NCBI GenBank assembly: GCA_016748015.1
Contig: JAAOMT010000197.1
Location: 96,388-160,387, forward strand
From: Geosiphon pyriformis uo1
Lineage: Eukaryota; Fungi; Glomeromycota
Length of the DNA stretch: 64,000 bases
Direction: 5' to 3'
Shown: piece by piece, positions 1 through 12,800 of the stretch
Numbering within the stretch: the first letter of the stretch is position 1
Layout: the number at the start of each line of letters is the position of its first letter
Made by a program: the position numbers and the translations under genes
The notes under the pieces: model-generated
Database searches by the model: none
Told to the model about the DNA's origin: nothing
The model's input: the letters and a program-made list of their open reading frames with translations, nothing else

Positions 1-3000
1 TGAACTCACTTGAGCCAATGGTTTTCCAGCTTAGCCTTGGATGTTAGTCATTAATGACCCCTTTGTCACAGAATCAAGGAGTGAATATAGTAATGAGTAA
101 GAGTTCAGGTGTGGCCACTGATAATGAGACTATTGCAGGAGTAGTGGTTTTTAATTCTTTAGTTATTTCTAAAATGAAAGAAATTCTGAACAATTTTTCA
201 ATTATAGTTATGGGTCTTTCAACCAAAATAGACAATACTGGTTTGGTTCCTGCTATTCATCTTTCTCAATGATAGATCTGGTTTGGAAATTTGTAACATG
301 CAATATTTGTGATATCAATGTCTCTGCCAAGCAGAAAGATGTTGTTTGTTGGCATGTGGAATCTGGAAGTATGGTTTCTATTATTATGAAAACAAAGTTG
401 AGGTCTAATATTAGGCTCTGAATTATAAACAAGTTTGATGGAATGAGAATATTTTCTTCTAAGTTGGACAAAAGATTTCTTGGTGTTGGAGTGATGATCA
501 TTATAAACAATTCTCTTACACATTATGTTGCTAAGGTTGAAAAAATTCTTGGTCATCTTATTTCTGTTTAGCTCCTTTTTAAGAGCAAGCTGTCTGTAGT
601 AATTTTGGGCTTATATATTGGTGTGTCTGCTAAGGCCAGATTCAGCCAAGCCTGTGAAATCAACTTTTTCATTGCCAAAGCTGTTAATTCCTCCACATTT
701 GTGGTATTAAGTGGAGATTTCAATAAAAATAGATCTAGGAAAAATGTTAGTTTTAAGTTCTACTTGGATTTGGAATTGGTCAATTCCTTTAGTGATCATT
801 TTTTGGTTAAAGCTTCTATTTGAGACAATTTACAGAGTGCCAAAAAAGTTATCGACTACATTTTTGTAAATGAAAGTTTGTTGTCTGCAATAGCCAGTCA
901 TAATGTTATTTTTGTCTCTGATTTTTTTGATACTGATCATAATGCTGTTTTGGTTTCAGTTGGTTTGGGTGGTCTCTTAGATGTCCAGCTCAATAGTGTT
1001 TATATACAGGCTAATAAGGATAGATAGAAGTTCAAAATCAAGAATACAGATGCTAATAAGTGGTCTCACTTTAGGGAATACTCATTAGGCAGGTTCTTGG
1101 AAAATATAGATGTGTTTAATGATGTAAAGGATAATAAAAATTTAGATGCTATGTGGAAAATCCTTAAAAAGGTGGTTATAAGCTCAACAGATAGTGTGTT
1201 TTCTAGGCACTGGTTTAGTGTATTCAATTGTCAGAAAAATAAGCAGTCTTTGAAGTTCTTTAAGCTGGAATTGCTAGTGGCCAAGTTGATAAAGTGTTTG
1301 AACTCAGGTCGGGAATTAAAAGTCATTTGTCTCTTTAATGTGTGGTCTACTCTCGATAATAAGGAGGCCTCTAAAGCATGCACAATGTTTGATTGTAGTA
1401 AAAACAAAGATAGCATTTTACAACACCTGTTAGGAGTCAAAAAAGTGTACCAAAAGTCCAAATATTATAAATCTAGATGGCCAGAAACATTTCAATTAGG
1501 AATACAATAAACAAATACATGGAAAACTTTAACTTCAATAAAGAACATATAATCAAAAGTGTTTTGGAATGGCCATTTAGAAAGGTGGTGCTGGACTATT
1601 TAATAGTGGATGATAAGTTGATTTTGAAACCTAAAGAAGTGAAATCCTCTGTTGATGTTATTATGGAAGAATGGACAAGGAAATAAGTTGCTCTCAATTC
1701 TCTACCTGTTTATTAATCTAATTAATATGCCCTCTTGACTTATGTCAATAATGATGTGTTTTCAAATATTATGAATGTAATTAGATTGGATGAATTTCTC
1801 TTGGTGGTCAAAAAACTGTCTGATAGAAAAGCTGCTAGCATTTTTGGTATTTCTAATAAGCTTTGGAAGCATAGAGATGCTCAAGTTCTGGGTGGTTTGC
1901 TAGACATTTTTAATGTGTATTTAGGGTTGGGTGCAGTTTTTTTAGAATGGAGACAGGCCTGGATTTCTATGATACCAAAGCCATATAATTAGGAAGGAAC
2001 ACTTATCAATATCAAGCCTATAGTATTAGTTGAAACAGCCAGAAAGATACTGTCTAAGGTACTTTCTGACAGAATATTTCTGGCTTGCTATAAGTTTAAT
2101 GTTCTTTGTGGAGATAATTTCTTAGTTTTGAAAAGTACATCTACTCAAACTCCTATTTTTACTATTGGCTTTATTATTGAGGATGCACTTGAAAAGAACA
2201 GAGAGTTGTGGCTGGTACTTTAAGATATGCAAAAGGCTTATAACTCAGTAGGGTGGTCCCATTTGTGGAATAGTTTAATTAAGATTAAGATATGTCCCCA
2301 TTTTATTGAATTTTTTGGAAACATACACAATAATAAGACCAACTGGGTAATAACAGACTTTAGTCATACTGATAGATATACTGTTCATGATAGATTGAAT
2401 TAAGGAGAGGTTTTTTTGCCATTGCTGTGGAGGATATTTTACAATCCTCTGTTTTGTGAAGTCAAAGAGCATGAACAATTATGTGGTTATAGGTTGGATT
2501 CAAAATTTTTTACTAGGACCAGTAGAGCTGATCCCAAGAGTGGCAGAACTTCTTTTTTTACAGCTGGTGCCTTTGTAGATAACACTATTTGGATTGGAAA
2601 TTGCCTGGCAGCTGCACAATATATTTTGAACATTGCAAGTAAATTTTTTTTAATTAATGACATTGCTATTAACACAAACAAAACAGTTACTATTCCTATT
2701 AATCAAGGAGCCAGGAAGGTTTCACTGTCAATCAGTGGTTCTAGAATTTTCATTGCCAAGAAGGGTGTGTTCTATTGATATTTAAAGATTTTTCTTTCTA
2801 TGGATGGTCTATCAAAACCAAGTTTGGCCAAAGCTTATTCAGATATCAAGTTCTTTTCAAATGTGGTTTTAAGGAAGGCTATTACTAAGAAGCAGTTTTT
2901 GTATTTGGTTTCTGCTGTTTTACCAGCCCATAATTGGTTATAGACTGCAGTTCAGTTGTGTTTCCAATAGTGTATATAAGAAGTGGAACAAAATATTGAG

Positions 3001-3445
3001 GAAGAGATTAAAGCTCAAGGCCAATCTGTCCAAGAATTTTCCAAATAAGACTATATATCATCCAGAACTATATGGTTTAAGGACTTTTGAACAGATGCTG
3101 ACTGAGAATCTTTTGGCTGGCTTAGTTGTGTTTGCTAATACTGGTGAAATCCTCAGTGAATTATTTAAGCACAGAGCCATGAAGTTGCAGGCCACTAGCT
3201 AGATGCTCTGGCACTCTCTTTGAGTTCCAATTAAGTTGTTGATTGATCTCACAAATTGTTTTTTGGCTGGTGTAACATGTGCTCTCAAATTGTGTAACCT
3301 ATTATTGGGTGGTGATCTGTCTGATGTTTTTCAGGCCAAAAATAGTATTGCAGTCTTGGATGTGCTCAGTTTTGAGTCTTATTTGTGTGTGGCAAAATCT
3401 CTTAAAAGATACAGTGTTGTGTTTGTTAATTAGTTTTTGGACCGC

Positions 3446-4373
3446 TGTTACTCATAAAATATAGGAAGTATATTAGCATATAAATTAGCCAATCATAGGT
3501 AGACATAGTAAATGTGGAATTCCAGGATTCCTCTCAGAGGAATTGCAGGATTCCAGAAATTGCAGGATTCTCACACAAGGAATTACAAGATTCCAGAATT
3601 CCAGGATTCCTCTCAAAGGAATTGCAGAATTCCAAGAATTCCAGGATTCCTGACATGAAGAATTGAGGAATTGAGGAATCTCAAATACGTATATATAACA
3701 GTAGTATCAGAAGTTAGAAAATTAGTCAATGGGACTTAGAGTCAATTGATTCGCAGAGTCAATTAGACTCATAGAATCAATTAAACTCACAAAATCATAA
3801 TTATTAAATACCCTTCCTTCAAAAGATAGAATACTATAACTTGAAGTGAAATTGCTCCCATATTAATGAAATTATCCATTATCTTCAAATCCATGTTATT
3901 ATCCACTACTTAACCTGCTGGCACAATAGCTCTTGATTACGGCTATTGACAGGACACTTATTTCTTATTTTATTTTCTTATTTCTTTATTTTCTTTTATT
4001 TTCTTTATTTTATTTTATTTTCTTTTGTTGTTTACTAAATTGATTAAAAGGATTAAGCACTGAGTTATTGACATCATGGATAGCCTGGTAAAAGACCCAG
4101 AAATAAGAGTAGAATTATATATTATCGGATAGCTTACCAGAAGAGCACGACTGCCAGAATAAATCCGGCCATCAAGCTGAGAAAGAAATTGGGAAAACAA
4201 CTTGAGAATACAACCACTATTAACCTTATTGAATCTCTGTCCATTATACAAAGGACTCAACCAAAATCTTCAGATAACAATACCTTCAGATATTACCAAC
4301 AACATTATATCAATTGAGCACCAAGTTACAGGTTTGTTATTTGATTTGAGACCCCAAATAATCACCTGTAACA
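3446..4373 (+). mobile_element. Solo LTR, Gypsy family A (928 bp), inserted in LINE ORF2
   Basis: Ends TGTTAC...GTAACA. Flanks CCGC/CTAC; removing the insert restores LINE codons TTG GAC CGC CAT GGT. Homologous to LTRs at 15454, 24487 and 61127. Confidence 0.9.
3515..3680. repeat. U3 tandem array of GGAATTCC/GGATTCC-type near-palindromic units
   Basis: Repeated ggaattccaggattcc and gaattgcaggattc units; same array at ~25150-25320 and, inverted, at ~61740-61903. Confidence 0.8.
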
Positions 4374-6025
4374 CTACCATGGTACATATTTTACATAGAA
4401 TACTTTTTACAAGTGAAAAAAACTGGACCCTAGAGCCCTAGTTTCTATCTGGTTTGTTTCATTGGTCAAATTTATCAGTAGGAGTGGATTGTCAAATAGT
4501 ATGCTATTGTCTTATTGTTTAGCTCTTGCTGACTCTTCTTGTGACTTTGATTATGTTAATAAGTGTTTGCTTAATTCTGGGTTGGGTTCTGTAACCATCT
4601 ATACAGATAGTTCTGTTAAAAATTTAGGTTTGTTGGGTGTTTGTGGTGGTGCCGCTGTCTACTTTTCAGATGTAAACACTGGTGTTGAGGTTAAGATAGA
4701 TGGGTTGCTGTCCTCAACTTTGGTAAAGCTGCAGGCCATTGTACTTGTTTTGGAGTGTGTGCTTGCTTATTGGTCTATTAATTTGTTTACTGACAGCCAA
4801 GCTTTGCTTGACTTGTGCAACTCTGACAGTGGTGTGTCTGGTCTTGACTTTTGTGACAAATGCTGGATCAAAAAGGAATATATTTGCCATGTTATTTCTA
4901 GAAAGGGCTTGTCAATTACTTAAAATAAAGTCAAAGGTTATTTTAGTGTTGTTGGAAACAAATGTGCCGATTTCTATGCTGATGCTACTGTCATTTCTAA
5001 GTCCTTTCTGTTTCTTGTGGTTCTTTATTGCTTTCTCAAGGTTGAAAGTAGACCTGTCTTTGGAAATGCTTATCATGTTGCCAAAAAGTTGTTTAATGCT
5101 GTTCACTCTGTTGGTTGGAAGGCCAAATATATTGGTAGCTTTGTTAGTGCAAATCTCTATGACTGTTTTGATAAGACCAGAACCTTTTGTGTTTGGCATC
5201 CTGATGGCAAGATCAAATTTGACTACACCAGTACTGTGTTGGCGACACTTTGGTTATACTTTATAAAGGTGCTTCACTATTGCTTGTCAGTGGCCAAAAG
5301 GAAAAAAATGTATAATCTGAATTATCCGAGTATTGCCTACATTTGGTGTGGTTTGGTAGAGAACTCTGATCATGTGTTTTCTTGCACTCATGATGCCAAT
5401 GTTCAGAAAATCTTATTGTCTAATACTACTTTGGAATAGAATGTATTGCTGGAAGTCTTGGCCAATGGGAATGCAGTTGCTGATTCACTATATGAAACTG
5501 CATCTTCCATCAACTTATTTACAGTGCTGGCTAAAGGTTTTGTGTTGAAAAGTTGGGTGGCTAACATAGTAGGCCATTTGGGTGCTGGTTTTGGTAAAGG
5601 TGCAATAGTTATCAATTTTATTTATCATTTTGCTAAGAGTTACAGATCAGCTATTTAGATGCCAATGACTAAGTTAAGATTCTATTATGAAAAACATAAT
5701 CTTTTGTTGTATAATGGTTCTTCTTTTTCTTCAGTGTTGAGTCTGTTTTCCTTGTAATCTGCTGGGACAATCTGGGATTTCAGTTTCAGATTGGGTATTC
5801 ACATGTGCTTTGAGTTGTATTTATGTCTAACCAAATTAAACTTTGGTTTCTTGAGTGATTTTTCTGTAATGGGAATTTTGGATGTGTAATGCTGCCTTGA
5901 TTGGTCCAAGTGACTGGTTATGTGTAAAAAAAACATGAATCATACTTAATTTAAATTCTGTTTAATCTATGTACTTAAGTAGTGGTTGGATTGTATTTAT
6001 AAAACCTTAAATAAAATAAAAAATA

Positions 6026-7320
6026 ATACTATTAAATATAATTATTAAAAGATTAATTTTAATGCTAAAATAATTAATTTTTTGTTAATTTTTAATATTA
6101 TTTAGTATTATATTATTTTAATATAATATTTTAATTTTTATATGGTTTTTAAATTTATTAATAAAATTATTATTAATTTATATTTGTATATAATAAAGAC
6201 TTTATATAAAAAATTGTTTAATAATTAAAAAATATTTTTATAATACAACTTATTTAAATGTTTTATATATATTATTATTAAGAATTTTAGTTTTTATTTA
6301 ATATTGTTATTATTAATTTATTATTAAATTTTTAATTTATAAAAACTGTTAAATTTTTAATAATTAATTTATTTTTAAAGTATTTTTTTATATTTTTTTA
6401 TATTTATACTATTAGTTTTATAATAAAATAACTAATTTTATATTAATTATTTTGTGTAATTATTTTATAGTAAAAATCAATTTTTTTTACAAAAATTTGT
6501 AAATTTTAAGACAAGAATAATTATAAAAAAATTTATTACTATTTTATTATTATTATTATTATTAACATTTTATGAATGAGACCTAAATGCCATTTTTTAA
6601 AGTAGATTTTATTTAATTGATTTGTTATAATTAATTTATTATTTTATAATTTACACTTTTTTTTTGTTAATATTTTAGCAATTAAGATATATTTTGGCAA
6701 ACTATAAGTTATTTTTATAAATTATTAAATATTTTGGTAAATTATTAAATATTGTAAATTTTTAAATATTTTTACAAATTTTTTAATAATAAAAAATTCT
6801 TAAATTACAGTTTTATTTACAATATAAATGTGGTTATTTGCTAAAATTTGTTAAATAAATATATATTTATTTAATAATTTTTAATTTATGTAAATTTATT
6901 TTTATTTTTAATTTTGATAATATATATAATAATATACAAAAACTTTATGTTTAAAAAATAATTTATTAAAACCATTTTAATTTTTGGCAACATAAAAAAT
7001 ATAATATTAAAATTGAATAATTTTTTGTAATTAATTATAAAAAACATATTTAATTATTGAATTCTAAACTTAAAATTAAACAAAAATAATAAATTTTTAT
7101 ATATTAATAAATTTATACTTATTAATATAATATAAATGCTTAAAATTAAAAAAAAAGATTTAAGTTTTGGTTTAAAACAATAATATTTGTTTTTATTAAA
7201 ATAATTATATAGCATAATTTTAATTAATTAAATAATTAATTATATATATAATAATAATTTATATTTAATTTAAAATACTTAATTATATTATATTAAATAG
7301 TAATTAAATTACTTATTATT
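6026..7320. other. Extremely AT-rich spacer between two LINE 3' tails
   Basis: Almost no G/C and no ORF of 60 aa or more; probably an end-stage decayed repeat (inference). Confidence 0.6.
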
Positions 7321-7401
7321 ATTTTTTATTAAATATTTAACAAGTGAAGTCCAACTACTATCTAGTACATAAAACCAAATTAAGTGGCTTAAACTAAATA
7401 C

Positions 7402-9801
7402 TATTACAGTTCAAAAATTTAATAGGAATTATAAATAATATAAATTAGTCAATCATAAAATAGCACAGCAACAATTTATAAAAAGAAATGATTTACAAAT
7501 AACAGCAAACACTATTTTACAATAGCAGCAAGCACTATTGTACAAAAGCAGCAAGCACTATTTTACAATAGCAGCAAGCACTATTTAGAAATAATGAAAA
7601 TAGAGTATTATAAGACATTATTTTATAAAACAATAATTATATATATATACAATAGTTTTTAATGATGAAAAAAAAAACAGCTTCAAATTGAAGCAACAAA
7701 TATCTAAATAAAATCTTATTCAAAAAAAATTAATAAAAAAATAATAAATTGAATAAACATCACAATTATGAGATTAACAATAAAATTTACATATCCTTTT
7801 TAGCAAATAAAACTATCATTTCATCTCTGAACTCTTTAGAAGAATAATTCCTGATCAAAATTATTCACGTGGTTATTAATTAAATTGAAAAAGCTTTATT
7901 ATATACTTATGGAAATTATGAAAAGATTATTAATATTCTGTGTTTTTAAATTAAAGAAACACATCAGGCAATTGCAAAAATAGCCTCAGAAAAGACCCTA
8001 AACAGCAAGTAAATTTCAGATTAGCCTCTGGAAAGAAGTACACAACATACAAAGACAACTAGAATTAAAGAGAAGACTTATATTACAACATCAAGAGAAA
8101 ACCTTCAGTACATCATCATTAATATCCAACACATAAAATTGAGGAACTCACAAAAAACTGATTGCAATTAAAACAGGAGATCAACAATTAAAATATACCA
8201 AAAAAACACTTCCATAACATTTGGTGAATCCTATAAGAAAAGGAAATTAAAAAAAACTAATAATTAACAATAATTCATTGCTAAAAAGAAGGAAAACCAA
8301 AGTGGTGACAAAAACTCCTAATCTCACTGTTGTTAAATTTTGTCATGCCCTTTATTTACAATATTAAAGTGATTTTGGATTACCAAAAAAGTGTTGTCCA
8401 GCTGAAAACGCCCTTACCTATTACATTAATACCAGAATAAATTATCACATAGGAAGAAAAGAAGAACCAAACAATACAAAATATCAATTATATAGAGAAT
8501 TATCTCAATTTACTACAAAAAAAACAACAGTATTAGCTGTGACTATTGTTTAAATTCATCATGAAATTGAGCAATATGCCAACAAAAATTACCCAATATT
8601 CACAAAAAACACCAGAGAATGCATCCACAATCCAGAAATTAATCACAAAGAAAATCAGTAAAAATCATGAATTCACCCATCAATTAAAGTATTTGATAAA
8701 GCAACAATTCAACAATTAGAAAGTTTTATTGAAAAAACTAACATTACATTCCATTCAAAAAGCAGTTTACAGAATTTTCAAAGCATTTGAAAATTGTCAC
8801 AAAATATTACTGAATCCAACCATGAACATAATAACAACCAACAGTATTGAACAACTTATCAACTCACAATTTCAAGAATTACAACAACAAGTTAATAATA
8901 CAGTATTAGACTACTATAGCAACATAGAAATCAATGAAGAAATTAACTTCAATTTCGACAGAGCTCAATCTTGAAGAAGGGGATAATATTACAGTTCAAG
9001 AATTTAATAAGAATTATAAATAATATAAATTAGCCAATCATGAAATAGCACAGCAACAATTTATAAAAAAATGATTTACAAATAACAGCAAGCACTATTT
9101 TACAATAGCAGCAAGTACTATTATGCAAAAACAGCAAGCATTATTTCACAATAGCAGCAAATACTATTTAGAAATAATGGAAATAGAGTATTACAAGATG
9201 TTATTTTGTAAAACAATAAATATATATATATATAATAGTTTTTAATAATGAAAAAAAAACAGCTTTAACTCGAAGCAACAAATATTTAAATAAAATCTTA
9301 TTCAAAAAGAATTAATAAAAAAATAATAAATTGAATAAGCATCACAATTACGAGATTAACAATAAAATTTACATATCCTTTCTAATGAATAAAACTATCA
9401 TTCCATCTTTGAAACCTTTAGAAGAATAATCTCTGATCAAGATTATTCACATGGTTACTAATTAAATTGAAAAAGCTTTATTATATACTTAGGAAAATTG
9501 TAAAAAGGCCATTATTATTCTGTGTTTTTAAATTAGAGAAACACATCAAACAATTGCAAGGATAGCCTCAGAGAAGACCTCAAACAGCAGATAGATTTCA
9601 GATTAGCCTTTGAAAAGAAGTACACAACATATAAAAACAATGAGAATTAAAGAAAAGACTTATATCACAACATCAAAAGAAAACCTTCAGTATATTATCA
9701 TTAATATTTAACACATAAAATCGAGGAACTCATAAAAGACTGATTGCAATTAAAATGGGAGATTAACAATTAAAATATACCAAGAAAACACTTCTGTAAT
9801 A
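7402..9801 (+). mobile_element. Non-autonomous LTR element, family C: LTRs 7402-8219 and 8987-9801, 767-bp internal region
   Basis: Two ~815-bp direct repeats (TATTAC...TAACA/GTAATA). PBS TTTGGTGAATCC at 8220; PPT GAAGAAGGGGATAA at 8973-8986; TSD ATAC/ATAT; no pol. AGCAGCAAGCACTATT repeats in U3. Confidence 0.9.
8729..8974 (+). pseudogene. C-terminal remnant of the extra 3' ORF (ORF3) in the family C element
   Basis: AVYRIFKAF...TTNSIEQL..QFQELQQQV..FDRAQS aligns by eye with 61988-62329 (ARAIYQIHTAF...TSNQLGKI..QFEKLQTQI..FDRAQY). Confidence 0.7.
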
Positions 9802-9879
9802 ATATAGTTCACACTTTTATTATATGTGACCAGCCACTTAAGCCAGACAAAATAACACTAAATATCCATACTAATATAT

Positions 9880-12800
9880 ATATCTCCACCAAAACCAGAA
9901 AAAAAAGAGCACTATGTACATCTATTAAAACTAATTACAAAAAATTCTACTATACCAAACAACCAAATTACTTTATTTAATAACATAAACATTATACAGC
10001 AAGATAAATCTGAAATTATGCCACTATTTTTGATTAATCTAGCCTTTTTTATGTCCACTTTATGCTTTAATCTTATAAATCATATTTTTGTCTAATATAA
10101 TTCTATTAAATGTTTCATATATTCAACAAAAACAGAAGCTGCTTTTACTTTCTTATTAAAAATTGTAATAGCTTCAACATATCAGTTTTTTAGCACAAAT
10201 TTCTTGCAAATTGCTATTTATAAATTCATATTTAATAAACACTAAAAAAGTATATATAAAACAGCAAAAGAAAACAAGCAGCAAGTATTTACTAAAGAAA
10301 TTTATTTCTTAGAAGTTTTTACCAAAATATCTTCTTAAATACTGCTATTTTTAGCACAAGTAAAAACATAGTTAGATAATTTTACCTTATTATACAGCAA
10401 ACACAGTACATCAAAATATATCTTATTATATAATCTCTTTCTAACTGCTACCAGTAATTGCCTATACACAGTTTTCATTAAGTATGTGCACAAATTTACA
10501 GACTTTCTATTAATAAATCTAAAAAGCATATATGAATTAAAATGCCAGACTCTTGCAGTAGCCAGTTAATTCATTTTTTTAATCAATATACTTGGAATTA
10601 CATTATACTTAAAACTAGTCTTTTATCAAGCATAACAAACAGATCTGTATAATTACAAACAAAATAATAAGTATTATCAGAGACAGCCATATTTTCAGCC
10701 ACCAAAAAAAATTCTTGAATTCTAATTGGCAGAGAAAAAAAAAATAGACAGTCTTATCTGCTATTATATTAGCTTAAATATTGTTTGGAATATCTAAATG
10801 ACTTTTAACTTTTATTTATATAACAGAAAGATTTTTTTTCTTAATAAGATTAGCCATATGTTTTTTCTCTATTTAACACTAATTACAGAAGTTTAGTATA
10901 ATAAATAAAACTTTAGAAACACATGCATTAATAGTAAATTAGCTATTTAAATATAAAATTACTGTATAAAAAAATAAAACACACTCCAAAAACAATATAA
11001 CAATCTGTAATTCAGTTATTATAAAGAATAAAAAACCATGCATTTTAACACCAACATCTGTATTCAAAACTAGAAAGTATACAATTATCTCACTAGTAAC
11101 TTCAGCAAAACCATCATATTTCAAAGAACTGTCTATGTAAACTTTAATAAAATCAAACCAAATCTCAAGCAAGCTCTTCTACATATCAAGGAACTCTTTA
11201 GACTTTAAAATATTCAAACCAAATAAACCACTAATATTAGCAGAATTAATCACTAAAGAATCCTTATTAACCAAAAATTCAGATACTAATTTGAACCAAT
11301 AAAACACAGGATCTTTTAGATCCAATCTTTTTTATTAGCAAAAAGTTTTTCAACTTATTACATTCTTTTTTTTATTTAAAAATCTGTTATCAAAAGCAAC
11401 TTCAAATTGTTTTAAAGAAAAAACAAAGCTATAATACAGAAATTTTCCCAAAATATCTGACATTAAAAATTTACTAGAATCATAAAATATATTAGACAAA
11501 TTATTCCCCAAAGATAGATTATTGTTCAGAAAAATTCTCATCACTCCAGCCAAAAAATTGTTTATTAGACTAACATGCAACTTAACAAGAAACTGCAAAG
11601 AGTTCAAAAAAAACTATTTCAAAATCTGCAAATCCAAAAACCTATGTTCAAACAAATGCCCAAAAATGCCCAATGCATTAAAAAAGACAATTAAAAAAGC
11701 CATTTTTTTTGGACTGTATTTGCTTAAAGAGCTTTAGTCTATACAAGAATGAATAATGCAAAATTTTACTGAAAAAATTATGTGGCAAACTGGCCTTGGC
11801 CTTAAAACTTTTTCTGATTATTATATTTTACTTATAACATATACTTGACAAAACAAAATTAAACTATAACTGATAATTAACTATAGACTACAAAACAGTC
11901 AAAACCAAATAAGAAAATTGTTTATCTGTAATTGTTTTTCTTAATATTACATTAAAAAAAACCTGACATCAGCATAAGCTTGAGTTAAATTAAGTTTAAA
12001 AAAACTTTTAGTTAACAAAAAAAATTCCTAGATATCTGTGTAATTCACTTTTTTTGCAATTAAAATTAGCAAACTATTAATTATTAATGAGACAATTTTA
12101 ACACCCTAATTGATTGGAATAGCCACTGTTTTTTCATTATTAATTAAGATGTTATTGACATCAAAAAATTTACTAACAATGTTTAAAATATACTGAATAG
12201 AAGCTTGACTACTTTTAATTCAAATTATGTTATTAACAAAGACATTAGCAACAAAAAATAATGTTTTTCTCTTAACAGTCTTAATTTTGCCAGTTTTGGT
12301 CACAAACTTTGTATTAATTTGGTATTTATACAAGTGTTCATGTTTTTTAATTTTACACAAAAGTTGATCATAGAAAATTTTTCAAAGAAGAAAAAAAAAA
12401 ACTTTATCTTAATCCAACTTATTATATACTCTGTAATTATTTGAAAGTTCAAAGTCAGTTATTATTCTATTAATTCAAAATAATACAAAATAACACAATA
12501 ATGTGAAATAGCACAAAATAACTAATTATAACATAGAATAATTAGTTATAGTATAAAAAAATAAAGCAACAACAAAAATAGCAAGCAATAGCTAGTAATA
12601 ATAAGTAATTAAAAAGCAATCTTGTAAAAATATGTATAAAAATAAATAGTTTTAGCAATAAAAAAAGAACAAAGAAACAGAAAAAATAGTTAAATAGAAA
12701 ATATATACTTTATTAATATCTACTAGATTTATTTTATCTATATATCTATATTATCTTAAATAAAAAAAAACATTTAAAACCAAAAATTACTTATTTATAA

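Larger units (their letters stand above)
269..5890 (+). pseudogene. LINE ORF2 (APE-RT-RNase H-zinc knuckle), many stops and frameshifts
   Basis: Colinear ORF fragments 605-823, 1097-1686, 1735-1992, 2416-2778, 2996-3433 and 4462-5658 carry the domain motifs in order. Confidence 0.85.
1..6025 (+). mobile_element. Non-LTR retrotransposon (LINE) with APE endonuclease, RT and RNase H; 5' part outside window; decayed; interrupted by a solo LTR
   Basis: APE motifs (TCNI ~295, LSGDFN ~706, IDYIF ~851, TDHNAV ~931). RT motifs (QDMQKAYNSV ~2221, GEV..PLLW ~2404, FVDNTIW ~2572). RNase H (IYTDSS ~4597, LFTDSQA, KVKG..VVGNKCAD ~4927). C-terminal xxCGLVENSDHVFSC knuckle ~5345. A-rich tail ~6009-6025. Confidence 0.9.

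Noticed and set aside
3515-3680. Palindromic repeat array resembling CRISPR
   Set aside because: No constant repeat with unique spacers and no cas genes; it is LTR U3 sequence repeated in each family A LTR.
3907-3945. Resemblance to the U1 snRNA 5' end (TACTTA.CCTG, TGATCACG)
   Set aside because: Only short, gapped matches; no further U1 stems or Sm site recognised; lies within an LTR.
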